Assembly (NCBI GenBank): GCA_028023455.1
Contig: JAQFVV010000003.1
Location: forward strand, 17,298,001-17,362,000
Reading direction: 5' to 3'
DNA from: Epiperipatus broadwayi
Taxonomy: Eukaryota; Animalia; Onychophora
Length of the DNA stretch: 64,000 nt
Shown: positions 1 through 13,980 of the stretch, one piece after another
How positions within the stretch are numbered: the stretch's first letter is position 1
Layout: each line of letters begins with the position of its first letter
Position numbers and translations under genes: made by a program
Notes under the pieces: generated by a model
The model's database searches: none
What the model was told of the DNA's origin: nothing
What the model saw: the letters and a program-made list of their open reading frames with translations, nothing else

Positions 1-959
1 TTTGAAGGGTTTTTTCATTTTAACCAAAAATATATCTTATTTTAATTATAAATACAATTGTATCAGTGACATGAGTGCTAGTGTCATGAAACTGCTTTTG
101 CCATTTTGTAATTTCTCTGATTAATGACTCATTCTTTTGAAACATAGAGCTGATTTCAAAAAGTGACATCTCACTTATCCTTATTATTACATTAATATTT
201 GTTTTCATTGACTTAATGAAATCACTTTATGACAGTTTTTGAATTAATTGCTCCTTATACTACAATACATTTTACTAAAGAATATGAGAATATGTACTGA
301 ATCTATAACTTTTTGAAAAAAAATAACGACTGCAAATATATATATATATGTATGTGTGTGTGTGTGTTAATAAATTCTATCTTAATCATGGACAAAACAT
401 AATTAAAAAATGTTGTTAGAGATTTGAGAACATTATATGTAGCAAGAATAAAATAACTGCTGATGTAAACAAGATTCATACAATTGACTTATAAATTTCA
501 ATTGATTTTTTTTATTTGTTTACGGGTTTTCGTTTATTTACATTTTTTTAAAAATAGAATGTATTTGAAGTCATGCAAAGGTATACAACATAAATCATGA
601 CTTCACCATATACTAACATCTAAATTCGAATTTGTAAATCACCCATGAAAGGTATTGTTTTTGTTGACTGGAGACTCAATATATATTTAACTAAATTGAG
701 ACATTTTGTGATTTTTACATTTCTAAAATGTATATTAACTGTCTTTTTAATTTTCTAGACATTATTTTATTATTTATGTCATTATAATTTTTTTTACAAT
801 TTGTTTTACATCCTTTAAAAACCATGAAATACTATCATCAACAATGTAGTTTATGTGAAAAATTAATTTATATATAAAACTTTCAGAATATATACCTTTA
901 AATTCTTTCATACATAAATCAGTTAAACAAACACTAAGACAATTACTTATAAAATCATC

Positions 960-1400
960 TCCTTTTCTTATTTGTAAAAAAATTATTAATTGAAATACAT
1001 TGAACCATCAAAGACGCAACAATTTAGAAGTCTATTTATTTTCACACTTTATCATTAATCTTGGCCAATATCTATTTCTATAAGGCAATTTCAATTGCTC
1101 AAGTTTTTTAAAACTAATAATTATAATCATTGTTAACTCAACATAATTTCTCAATGTTATTATTTTTGGTATATGCATTATATTCTTCTTATGTATATTG
1201 GAAATTATATTATAAATCAATTTGGAAATATTATCAAAATATATAAAAACACCATTTATTACAGGTCTTAGTAGAAAAGTAATTTCACATAATTTTGTCA
1301 AGCCACATGTAAAGATTATTTTACATACATTTAAAATTTTTCTCATTGTACTATTATGAATGATTTCATTGTTTTGTAATGTAGTCAAAATATTATTTAT
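960..1400 (-). pseudogene. Degenerate hydrophobic ORF, possibly a gustatory-receptor-like (7tm_7) relic
   Basis: The 118-aa ORF 1032..1388 continues hydrophobically past its stop. It shares IIII..Q...Y[RK]N......IKCEN with the + strand ORF at 1869..2273. The family call rests on composition only. Confidence 0.25.
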
Positions 1401-1479
1401 TTTTTGTTCTTATTATTATGCTTAATTTCGCTAATATACTTCTTATTTAAAAGATCCAAAATAATTATTATAATCATTA

Positions 1480-1885
1480 CTAATAATTAGCCATTAAGCT
1501 AATGCACATGTACTTTGTGGATCTTAACTATAAATGAATACTCTCACTTTCCAAACACAAGATAAAGTCTTTTTGAAAAAATAGAATGAATCAACTATCT
1601 TTTCAACCCAAACGTTTAAGTTGGAAAATCTTAAGCATTTGAAAATGAGAGCATGAAGATATAAAACAGTCACTTTAAATTACCTTTACTATGCCTCATT
1701 TTCAAATGTTTAAGATTTTCCCATACTTAAACATTTGGGTTTAAGATTTGCCCATACTTAAACATTTGGGTTGAAAGGATAGCTGATTCATTCTATCTTT
1801 TACTTATCTTGTATTTGGAAAGTGAGAGTATTCATTTATAGTTAAAATCCACAAAGTGCATTAACTTAATGGGTAATTATTACTA
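1480..1885. mobile_element. Foldback (inverted-repeat) non-autonomous element
   Basis: Long arms run from ccattaagctaatgcac... to ...gtgcattaacttaatgg with a short spacer and an internal ~30-bp duplication (1710-1770). It shares aaatgaatact...caagata and tcactttaaattac with the 12.4-14.0 kb unit. Confidence 0.8.
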
Positions 1886-2400
1886 TTTACAGATTAAAAA
1901 CATCATGCTATATAAAATAAATGCTTATTTATATATAATCATTATTGTATATAGTAATTATCAATTTATTTATAAAAATAAAGGTTTACTGAATAATACT
2001 TTTATCATTAAGTGTGAAAACAATGGAAACCAAAACAATAATAGTAATAATTTAAATAATATGAAGAAAATTTATGTGAATATATTCCAAGAATATAGAG
2101 ATTTAGAAATTAAAATAAATTGTTTAGGAGGAACTAAGAATAAACAAAAAAGTAGATTACAGCAACATTACAATAAAAGAAAACCTCAACATTTCACAAA
2201 CATAATGCTAATGAAATTTACACACATCCTCATCATCATTCACATAAGCTACATCAGCAATAATAAAGAATGAAATGAATTCATTCTATTCTTTATTATT
2301 TGCTGATATATTATTATTATTTATTCATAATTTATAAGAAAATTATTTACATCTGTTATGTTTTCATGTATATTATGCCGAGGATACTTAATATAATCAA
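1869..2400 (+). pseudogene. Degenerate membrane-protein ORF, possibly gustatory-receptor-like
   Basis: 134-aa ORF with alternating hydrophobic and charged stretches (KIYVNIFQEYRDLEIKINCL; FTHILIIIHISY). Hydrophobic reading continues after the stop. Confidence 0.25.
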
Positions 2401-2899
2401 AAAATTTGTGAAACATAAAAAGGTTTATATTAAAAAAAAATAGAATTTGGTAAATTATGAATTATTAAAAAATATTGTATATTAAAAAATTAAACTCCAT
2501 TCTAAATGAATGTGGAGAGAATCTAATATTGTTTTAGCTGATTATATGCTATGTGAAAGTTACTCATAAAAATATATATATTTTTCCACATTTGAAATTT
2601 CAAATATTTCACTGGTAAATTTGAATAAAATCAGGAAATCAGGAGAGTTTTTATATGACTTCCAATAACAATGCAGATAATTATGAGTTTGATACTAATT
2701 TAAGTAATTGTTGCTAGATGATGTTATTTATTTTTTATTTATTTTTCATTATATAAAGATATTTTATGAGTTCAAATTTTATTTAAAAATTGTATTTTTT
2801 AAAAAGACATTTGTGTATGTGTATGCATCTATATTATGTAATTATTTATATTTGTAAGTAAGTATATGTATATACACATTTGAATATTTACTAATATAG

Positions 2900-3300
2900 T
2901 TTGATTATTTAGTATAAACAAGTTGATTAATGAATGATTTAAATATGTTAATAGTTAAAAATAATGTTTTTGAATTTTATTATACAATTACTGTTTAGCA
3001 TTTTCATAAACAATTTTTTTATTTTTTTTTTTTTAGTTCTTAATTCTGAGAATATATATATATATTGATAAATTTAAATTTTTTTCACACTTGTTGCAAA
3101 TTATTACTTTTCTTCTAATTCAGCAATAATTTTAAAATCTAATATAAATAAATTATTAAATTTCAGTAAAAATACAGATGAAAAAATATAGAAGATATGT
3201 ATGAAATAAAATGCAAAGACTATTATGGAAACAAAATAATAATTATGTGAAAAATATGCAAAGAATAACAAATTATAATAACATTTAAATGACAAAAATC
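2900..3300 (-). pseudogene. Degenerate hydrophobic ORF (chemoreceptor-like?)
   Basis: 63-aa hydrophobic ORF continuing as KIVYENAKQ*LYNKIQKTLFLTINIFKSFINQL. AT bias alone could produce this. Confidence 0.15.
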
Positions 3301-3839
3301 AATAATTTTACAAACATAAAATAGAAACAAACATTATCTTTATAGAATAGAAGTAATTGAATTTGTTATCAATTATAAGGACAGAATCATTAAAAGAATC
3401 AGTATATAGAAATAAATATAATTTAATCCTCAATATTGAAAGAGAGAGAGAGAGAGAAAATTAAAGTAAAAACAAATTAACTATAGACTATCAAATTAGG
3501 GTTTGCTTCAAAAAAATATCAAAATATATTTAACATAAAAGTATCATTTCACATGCTGCAATAAATAAATAAATAAATAAATAAACAAAGTAAGTAATAA
3601 ATTTTGTTTCCATTTATCATTTAAAATAAGATAGTAAAGAAAAAGTTTTATTGTAGTAAAATTACTAATATTAAGAATAAGGATAAATAATTGCATATAT
3701 AATAGATAGGAAATATAAATGAATGTGGTAGTATATGTAGAATTGGTAATAAAAACTTGATTTTTATTGTTTTTTATTTGTTTATTTAAGTCACAATATT
3801 ATTTGTATAAATAAGAGCTACTGAAGAATTATCATTCCA

Positions 3840-4108
3840 TTTTTTACAGCAGCAGTCTTCTGCAGGTTGTAGAACTCTTTGATAAAATTCTAATGTTTAC
3901 ATATCATACCATTTCCAACCTTCTTATACACTTAACGGTACTATTTTTTACACCAAAAATTTACTCATACAGTTTTGAAATAGAATTATAAAGATCTCTG
4001 ATGATTACTGCTGGAAAGTTGAAACTGTAAGAGCAAAGTTTTGGTGTAAAAATAGTGTTGTTAAGTGTATAAGAAGGTTGAAAATGGTATGATTTGTAAA
4101 TGTAGAAA
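3840..4108 (+). mobile_element. Inverted-repeat element with a degenerate hammerhead core
   Basis: Arms 3888-3976 and 4021-4108 are inverted copies. 3840-3893 is an inverted, diverged copy of 3981-4018. Hammerhead-like motif at 3995-4032. Confidence 0.7.
3995..4032 (+). ncRNA. Degenerate type I hammerhead ribozyme
   Basis: TCT-CTGATGA-TT-ACT-gctggaa-AGT-T-GAAA-CTGT-A-AGA. Both core boxes are intact, stem II is ACT/AGT, stem I is TCT/AGA, and the cleavage triplet is GUA. The closing pair of stem II is damaged. Confidence 0.5.
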
Positions 4109-4539
4109 TCAATATGTAAGAAAAGAAGGAAAAAGAAAAAAATTATAAAATTCTAAAGTAATGTATGAAGTCCTTTTCTTATAAATTCAAAACAAAACTT
4201 ATTTAGTTTTTAGGTATAAAACAATCATGAAATAATCTTAAATATTAGTCATTTAATAGTTATGGTAAATTAGTCTAAGGCAGCCTTAAAACAATTATGA
4301 ATTATTACTTTAATGATAAATAAATATTTCATAATGCTAAATTGATAATAATATATAAGTTAATCATTCTCTTGCAAAGTTTAAATAATACAAAAGAATA
4401 AATTCACTGATAGCAACTTCTTACCAACTTTGATGTCATACTAAAATAACTATTGAATAAGCTTTTCAAATGTGGCATATTATAACACTTTATTATATAG
4501 AAAAAAGCAAATGAAATTATTAAATTATAAATAAAAAAT

Positions 4540-4640
4540 TTGATGATTGATAATTAAATTTACTTCAAAAGTATATTGGAGAATCAATCAGAAAATGGAT
4601 AGAAATATAGCTCAGTTGAAGAAATCCAACTCTGAAGTTC
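4540..4640 (+). mobile_element. Small GIY-YIG-like (PLE) fragment
   Basis: Reads LLQKYIGESIRKW, resembling the YIGE[ST].R motif of PLE endonucleases. Confidence 0.25.
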
Positions 4641-5869
4641 TAAAATTGGATCTAGGATTAGAACAGGTCATCTCAATCTTAATTATTGTTTTTACATGCT
4701 TAGGGCAAATAATTTATCATTTATATTTAAGAATATTATTACAATGTATTTAATTAGTTAGGAAAAGTCTTTAATAAGTAGTTATTGTTTAATTATCTAA
4801 ACAATTACATATGTTTTTATGTAGCTGTAAAATATTGATTGCACTAAAATATATGAGATACACAGAACTTTTAAGAATTCTAGAAAAAGTATACTAGAGC
4901 CAATCTCTAGATAAATTTTGAAATCATTGACTTAGGTTATACAAATTTTTCAATCATGCATCATAAGTAATAATAATATTAAATTCTATCATTGATAAGT
5001 AATACAATCTGTTATCCAGTAACAATACAATCATCTATCTACATAGTGTACTGGTAATTTGAAGAGAGTACCTTTAAATATAACCAATTGCTCTAACTTT
5101 CATAGAATTATATAGAATGCAAAGTAATGATTGAATATAGAAGTGGATTATATTTCCCAATCATCTTCAAAAAATTAACATTAAGGATTTGAAATAGGTT
5201 TTACCATCAGAATTTGTTTTAATTGAAAAATGCACGTATTTATAGATTTTATCTAGGTGTCATATTTTCATATGAAAAGAAAAAAATGCTTAATGGACCA
5301 ACTTCAAGCATTCCAATTTTCTCAAGTTCCAATAACATTTGGCATTTTCTCAATTGTTAATCATTCTTTCTAATTTAACCCATTTTTTTATAGACATGGG
5401 AATAATAAGTGCTAGGGTGAATAATTGAAATAAAATATGATATAAAACGGCTCTGATAACTTGAGTTTTATACAATAATAATTTATTTATAATATACGAT
5501 TATCTCACATTGACACAAATATATAAATATAATAAATTCATAAAGTTTAACAAACATTCAAAACTAAATAGTATACCTTAATTGCTAATATAACAAAAGA
5601 ATAAATAAATTACAGTAACTAATTTAAAACTTGATAAGATAAGGCCTTTACCTCTTTATTTTAAAGTTTTTTTTAAAAAAGTCTCACCATAGTATATATG
5701 TACCTTTAACTAACTTTTATATAACTTGTTAAAGTAAGGCTAATTTTATCTTTAAGATTTTTTTTTTTAAAAAAACCTATCTGATTGAGCAGTATAAAAT
5801 TATTCAGTGGTGGTGGTGATATTATTATTATGTTTCAAAGGGTAAACATTATTAAGACTCAAAAAGAAT

Positions 5870-6960
5870 TACATAAGTTACATGCAAAAACATGAAGTTT
5901 TAGACATGAGTTGATTCATGATATTACATATGCAATAAAGGTTTACAATCTTGTTTTCAATAGAAAAAAAACATGATTAACAGTAATTGAAAGAAAAATA
6001 GTTACTATATAATAAGATACTTATGTCAAATTAGGTTTAAATAAAAGTTTTAAATAGGATATTGAGAAAGATATATAAAACACATGATAGTATGAGTAAA
6101 AACATATATGAAGGGGGGGTTGAAGTTAGTATTAGATTGACATAAGGTCATGTAAAAATTGGGCTCATTTGGTGGAGAGTACTATACTTTTCATGGTTAA
6201 GTTTTATTGTTCATTTGTAACTTAAGTTGCATGTAAAAAAACATGAAACTTCATATGCAATTTGACAGATGAAACTACATATGCAATGAAGGTTTACAAT
6301 TTTGTTAATGATAAAAAAAGGTGATTTACAGTGGTTGAAAGAATAATAATTGTTGATTTAACAAGATGCATATGTCAAATTAGGTTTATATAGATTTTTA
6401 AAAGTATTGTGAGATAAATATATGAAAGCACATGGTGGTATTTGTTAATACCTTTTGGGAGGAGAGGGGCTGGAGTTAGTGTTTGAACTTATTTGTTGGA
6501 GGAGCATTGTAGTTATCATGGCTGTCTGATTACTCATGTGCTGTGCATTTAAAACTCATTTGAGATAAGTTAGTGAAGTAATTGAAAACTTTTTTAGATT
6601 GGTACATCTATCTGGGTGTAATATTCAGGTGAGAGATCGACCATGGTATCTCCATTATGCTGTAGTGTCTATGGGTGTTGTGCATATCTATTTTGGGAAG
6701 TGAGTGTAAGTCAATGGTTTTATTGTAGGGTAGGTTCATTGGCATAAAGCCTACTTACAGGGGCCAATGTACACAAGAAGTCCTTGACTGTTTGAGGTGA
6801 ATAAGTGTCAATACCTGTGTGTGTTGGTTGTAGAATGTTGCAGAGCTGATAGCTGGATGATGAGAAAAAGTATGCTGAAGTGTGATACACCATTGAGAAG
6901 AGTGTTTGGTTTAAAAATAGTTTCACAATGACTGGTTTCCTAATCAATATCAGTTGTTTT
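5870..6960 (-). mobile_element. Decayed Penelope-like element 3' part with a duplicated 3' end
   Basis: Frameshifted remnants: TLLNGVS (NGYP-like), LPYNKPLTY (LPY linker) and IIILSTTVNHL (endonuclease end). A diverged direct repeat of about 270 bp lies at 5870-6140 and 6230-6490. Confidence 0.45.
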
Positions 6961-7860
6961 TGATTTTTAAAGGTGCTTGGTTTCTTTCAGCTGGTCAGCT
7001 TTTCTCTTGATTTCATTAGAGATAGAAGTAGGTGGGGGTGGGAGTAGTATGGTTGGAAGGCATTGGAGAAATTGTGGCTATTATTAACTATTATAGTCAG
7101 GTTTTATTGTGTGTTTCCTAAGGGGTTGCTGGTTCAACAATGTCAGCATTGGTTGTAACTGTTGAATTGAAGGGTGTGATAGGCTGGACAAGTTCTGGCT
7201 CAGAGGCTGGCTGTGTGTAAGTGATGAATGTTGAGTGATGCTTTTAATGTCATTCAAGTATGAGATCCATAGGCAGAATATCCAGATGGGGGCAGGGTAA
7301 GAAGATGTGGTGATGACTGGGTGACAGATTATATTCAGTGTTGATATCAGAGGTGACATTGGATTGATGAGTGATGGATTGTTTCTGTTGTGGTTGAGAA
7401 TTTGGTTGAAGTGGGTATGCTGGTGGCTGTGGTGATAATGAAGTCTTAGGGTTGAGGTATTTCATTACAAGATGATTCCATTGCCACATGCATAATACTG
7501 AGATTTTAAACCTCAAATGTATAGAGATAGTGTGGCCTCCTGGTATAGGATTGGAATAAGAATTGTATTAGGATCAATGTCTGAGTGAACTTGTATATTG
7601 AATTCATAATTATTGCTCACAATTTATATAGGATTGCTCTTTAGATAAATAACAGTTGTATCATTTTTAAAAGTCTTGGGGGAATGTACTGTTATATTTT
7701 ACAAAGAGAAATGTTTCTCCTGTATTTAATATTATGTCTCCATGGACAGTCATTTTAAATGTACCATTCCTTTTTACTAATTAGAACTAGACTGATTTAT
7801 TTCCTAGTTTTCCAATCCAACTCTATAGAGTGTGTTTTAAGTTTTTTAGATTTCTTCTAT
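6960..7860 (-). mobile_element. ORF1-like segment (Pro/Ser/Thr-rich, ending SNEIKRKA) of a repeat family
   Basis: 6960-7310 is homologous in opposite orientation to 47380-47870 (aatgaaa[ct]caagagaaaa; aactg[ag]tattgatt; atggatctca[tc]ac). Confidence 0.45.
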
Positions 7861-7947
7861 ATTTTTTTAAACATTTTTGCCTTTAATTAAAAGTATACAA
7901 CAAATTACTATTTTTTTTTAACTTTTAATTTTTATATATTATATTTA

Positions 7948-8613
7948 TAAATTTATTTAATGCACATTGATTATGTAAGTAATATTTACTAAAGCAATAA
8001 ACCTAAAGCATGTGTGGTTGAAAATGCGAAGGTAGGGACTTAATCAGTGAAATATTGAATAGCTTCATGGTCTCAGATCTAACCACTTCAGCTTCTCCTA
8101 TTTATATAGAAAGTAGGTTGAAGTAAAAAAGGTTTTCCCTCTTTTCTTCCAATGTGTAAGCTTGTGGTTAAGACCTGTAGAGGTCCCTACCTTTGCATTT
8201 TCAACCGCATATGCTTTAGGTTTATTGCATTAGTAAATATATTACATTTGTAAATTTGTTTTTTGTTATCTAAAATCCAATAAATTTATTTAACACACAT
8301 TGATTATGTAAGTAATATTTACTAAAGCAATAAACCTAAAGCATATGTGGTTGAAAATGCAAAGGTAGGGACTTAATCAGTGAAATATTGAATAGCTTCA
8401 TGGTCTCAGATCTAACCACTTCAGCTTCTTCTATTAATATAGAAAGTAGGTTGAAGTAAAAAAGGGTTTCCCTCTTTTTTTCCAATGCATAAGCTTGTGG
8501 TTAAGACCTGTAGAGGTCCCTACCTTTGCATTTTCAACTGCATATGCTTTAGGTTTATTGCCTTAGTAAATATATTACATTTGTAAATTTGTTTTTTGTT
8601 ATCTAAAATCCAA
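7948..8613. mobile_element. Tandem dimer (2 x 333 bp) of a foldback/MITE-like element
   Basis: Each unit has inverted arms of about 65 bp (7973-8039 and 8183-8247; repeated from 8306 to 8580). The two units are nearly identical. Confidence 0.85.
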
Positions 8614-8879
8614 TAGAGTTTATTGTTATTATTACTGAAATACCATTACATGGCTTAAATTCCTTTATATGACATTTATACTGATATACTTTATAAAATT
8701 TATTTATGATTTTATTTATTTAATCTATGTAAGTTACTTTTATATACCTCACCTATGCACATACATACATGGACTTTAAAAAAAATACTATTGAATCATT
8801 GCATTTGCCTTTTAAACAATTATCATTATTAATTTTAAATCAATTTTGAATAATCCATTGTAAGCTTATTATATCATCT

Positions 8880-10700
8880 ATTTATTACTGGCGAATTATT
8901 TTTTAGGCTTACATGAGAAATATTAAAAGGCTTTCTAATTTACATTTATGAAATGAAATTTTTGATAACAATGTGTATAATTTTTAATTACATAGTCCAA
9001 CATTCTAACATATAAGATGTTCTTAGTTATTTCTAAAAAAGACTGAATAGTTTATAACGAAAAAGATTGGTAAAATCACCATCGGAATTAAAACGAATAT
9101 GAAAATAATGACCAGTAAAGTCTGGCATAGCTCGATATTGTAATTGCAAAGTCAAAATTGCATAAATAATCTGGAAGAATGGCAGTTATATGAAAAATGT
9201 ATAGGAACATATTTTATTAATAATTAAAATGCCATATGAAATGAGAGGCCTATGCTATTATGCTTGTTGGTTGAGATCATATAATTAATAAGGAGCCTAT
9301 TACCTCATTTGGTAATAATTGTGAAATTGGACAACTACTTTAAATTTAAATTATCTATGCATATAAAATGTCTGCATTTTACAAACCACTAATAAACAAG
9401 TCAGGCAGGGGGGAAGTTAATATATGATTTTGATGCATAAAAATTATGTAGAAAAAATTGTTTGCATAATGAATTTATAGAGAAAGCTCTACTTAAACAG
9501 TTCATTTGGGTGATGATGCCAATTTGAGATTCTGTCATATGAGGCAGTTCTTGAACAATCTAAAGAACATCACACAAACAAAGCTACAGAACAACAGCAG
9601 ACTAAAATATTAAAAAATTTCAAAAATTTTATTAAATATATGTAGTTATTGGAGCAGAAAGAAGAACTAGTTAAGATGCTACTGTTGTCTTGGGAATATA
9701 ACCATAAATTTCAAAAGTAGAACAAATTTTGTGAAGTTTATGGATCCATAGGATATTTGACAACTGTTATAAAATGTTAGAATAGGATAAGAATAAAAAA
9801 TGTTCAAAACTTTAACAAACTACAAAAGCAAAAAAAATTTAAAAATCAATCAATAATGCTAATCTAAAACTTTTTTTGACTAATTTCATTTTGTAAAAAT
9901 TGACAGTAAGTCATGCTGATCAATTAGAAATCACTCGTGATCTTTTTCGAAGAGTCCTCTTATTAGATAAAATAGATTTGAAATTCAAGAGTAAGATTTC
10001 CATGTTTTACAGTCTTGGGTAAGACATATAGGGCATTAGCCATTTGGCTATAAAGACATTACATGGCATCCACATATCATTACTAATAGATATTTTAATG
10101 CTCTAGGTCACAGAGAACAGATATTATTTAGGAAATAACAATTGGCCAGAACAGAAAACAGTAAAAACATATTAAGATTGACCTAATAAACAAAGAAGAA
10201 TTTATTAACAGTTTAATTATGATACATAAACCCATATTACCACCATATGTTGCAAAGATTTTATTTATTGACATTGAATAACCCTTTGAATATTAACAAC
10301 AATCAAACAATCTTATCTAATTCAGTACTACTATCACTTAATAATTATATTGTTTATGGGATTCTGTTGGATATGTGATATCTACATCAAGAGATTGGCA
10401 TCTACATGTTTCTTTCTTAACTTTAAAGAGTAAGCAGTAATATACTAACTGCAAACATTCATAATGTGGAATTAATTACAGTATCAGCCTTATAAAATAT
10501 GCATTTGATCATATGCCACATTAAAAGTATAACAGCAAAATAGATGTCTTAGCACCTAGAGTACAAATGAAAATCATGTGGTAAATACATATAGAATTAA
10601 AACTGAAACATGAAAAAATATTTATCTGGGGAGAAATGTTTTCTAAACCTGGAGTAAAATCAAAATCATTCCATGAGTGATTGCACATAAAATAAAATTC
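8880..10700 (+). pseudogene. Long decayed coding relic; candidate endogenous negative-strand RNA virus L (RdRp) fragment
   Basis: About 500 codons can be threaded through stops and frameshifts, with segments VY.K...PSELKRI (9050-9099), MPYEMRGLCY...EPITSF (9229-9310) and LTVSHADQLEITRDLFRRVLL (9901-9962). These loosely resemble conserved stretches of mononegaviral-type L proteins in the right order. No clear GDN motif. Confidence 0.35.
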
Positions 10701-12242
10701 AAACATAGGACACACACACACATATATATATATATATCATGGGGAGGTAAATAATAAAGAATTCAAGTCCAGCAGATAATATATCTATCTAGAGGATTGA
10801 TTTATAAATACAAGCAGATATAATCTAACCTTTAGTTTCAGTTATGTATGTGCCACAAAAAACATCAACCTAGTTAAAAATTCTAAGTAAAATAAATATA
10901 GATTTCTAAACTACCTATATGCATATACAAACATTCTGGCATCAGGTACATACAAACCTTTATTTTCATTAATTTGTAAATGAACTATTCAAACGGTTTT
11001 GGAATAGTTTTAGAGTGATAATTTTTGTAAAAGCTAAATCTTAATTATCTAAAACAAAATCTTTCTTATATTCTTTTAAAACAAATTAACACTTTAGGAG
11101 AAAGATTAATTTAACATTTATTTAAACTAAATCTTGATTATTAAAACTATCTTTGTTATTTAAAACTCATAAAAATGAAACTGATTTCAATTTTTATTTA
11201 TTTATAATAACTAAATTTCCTATAACCTTCTCTCATTATGATTTAATATCACATATTCAGAGGCATATCTCAAATTTTATATTAAAACCAAAGGTAAGTA
11301 TTACAAAATACAATTAATATGCAAAAGTTAACATTGGAAAAAAATGCAATAAAACAAATATAAAAAAGACATTAATTAAACTTCAAATTAACTGATACAG
11401 ATAATTATTACTGGCTTGTGGTTGTTGGAGTCTTTTCTAAATTATTATTTTTTATAATAAGTAAAATTGTTATCTTAAGTCTGAAAAGACATTATTTTAA
11501 ATATAAAATGGATATTTATGCATATGAATTTTAACTTTGGATAGACATATAAGAGTTCATTGTAGTTCACTACTGAAATATATGGTTAATAGTTTGCAAA
11601 TATTCAGTCAGAATTGGGGTTGCACATTTCCTGATAGTTTCATCAAACTTTCTTAACTTCCACTGTTGAGAAATGTGTTTATTGTAATTGCATTTAGCTG
11701 CTTGGCAAAAGGTTAGAGTTAATTCTGCACAATGACTTAGACATCCTGGTTAGTGGTCCATACTGAGGAAAAAGTTCTTTAGTAACTTTAGTCACTTATG
11801 GCTGTTACTTCAACTAATTGTAGAGGGTTCTTTCAATACATGACAACAGCAATGACGTTCTTGATGAATTGTGAGCAGAGACAGCAAAGAAAAACCAAAG
11901 ACAAAATTAGGTTCCAAGTCTGCTTCTACCATTTTCTTTTTGCAAAACATATTTAGTTTCAATATAATTAAAACAAGCCAATAATTAAAAAAAAACATGT
12001 ATACTTATAACAACTAATTGTTATCTTAATCTCTAATATATATATATGTTCAATTGAAATTTAAAAACATTTGTTCAACAGCCAACAAAAGAATTTACCT
12101 TATATATTGTGATAAACTATTTTATATCAAAATTTTATTAACTTAACATTGCTTAAAATAATTTTTTTTCTATAGCATAATTTTTAAACAAATTTATTTA
12201 GCTAAAAGAAATTATATTTAGTTTTTTTAAAAAAACTGAATC

Positions 12243-13980
<1,738 letters not shown>

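Noticed and set aside
4800-5450. Possible decayed ORF on the minus strand
   Set aside because: Short readable stretches only, with no motif; indistinguishable from AT-rich noise.
9900-10080. Reading LEITRDL...SHLAIKTL as a hAT transposase C-terminus
   Set aside because: The following PFxSTYLCE-type motif is absent and the coding-like tract continues about 200 codons further; it is kept only as an alternative to the viral call.
11245-11300. Possible 33-nt micro-exon (cag|...aag|gtaagt)
   Set aside because: No partner exons or gene model could be assembled; such sites arise by chance.
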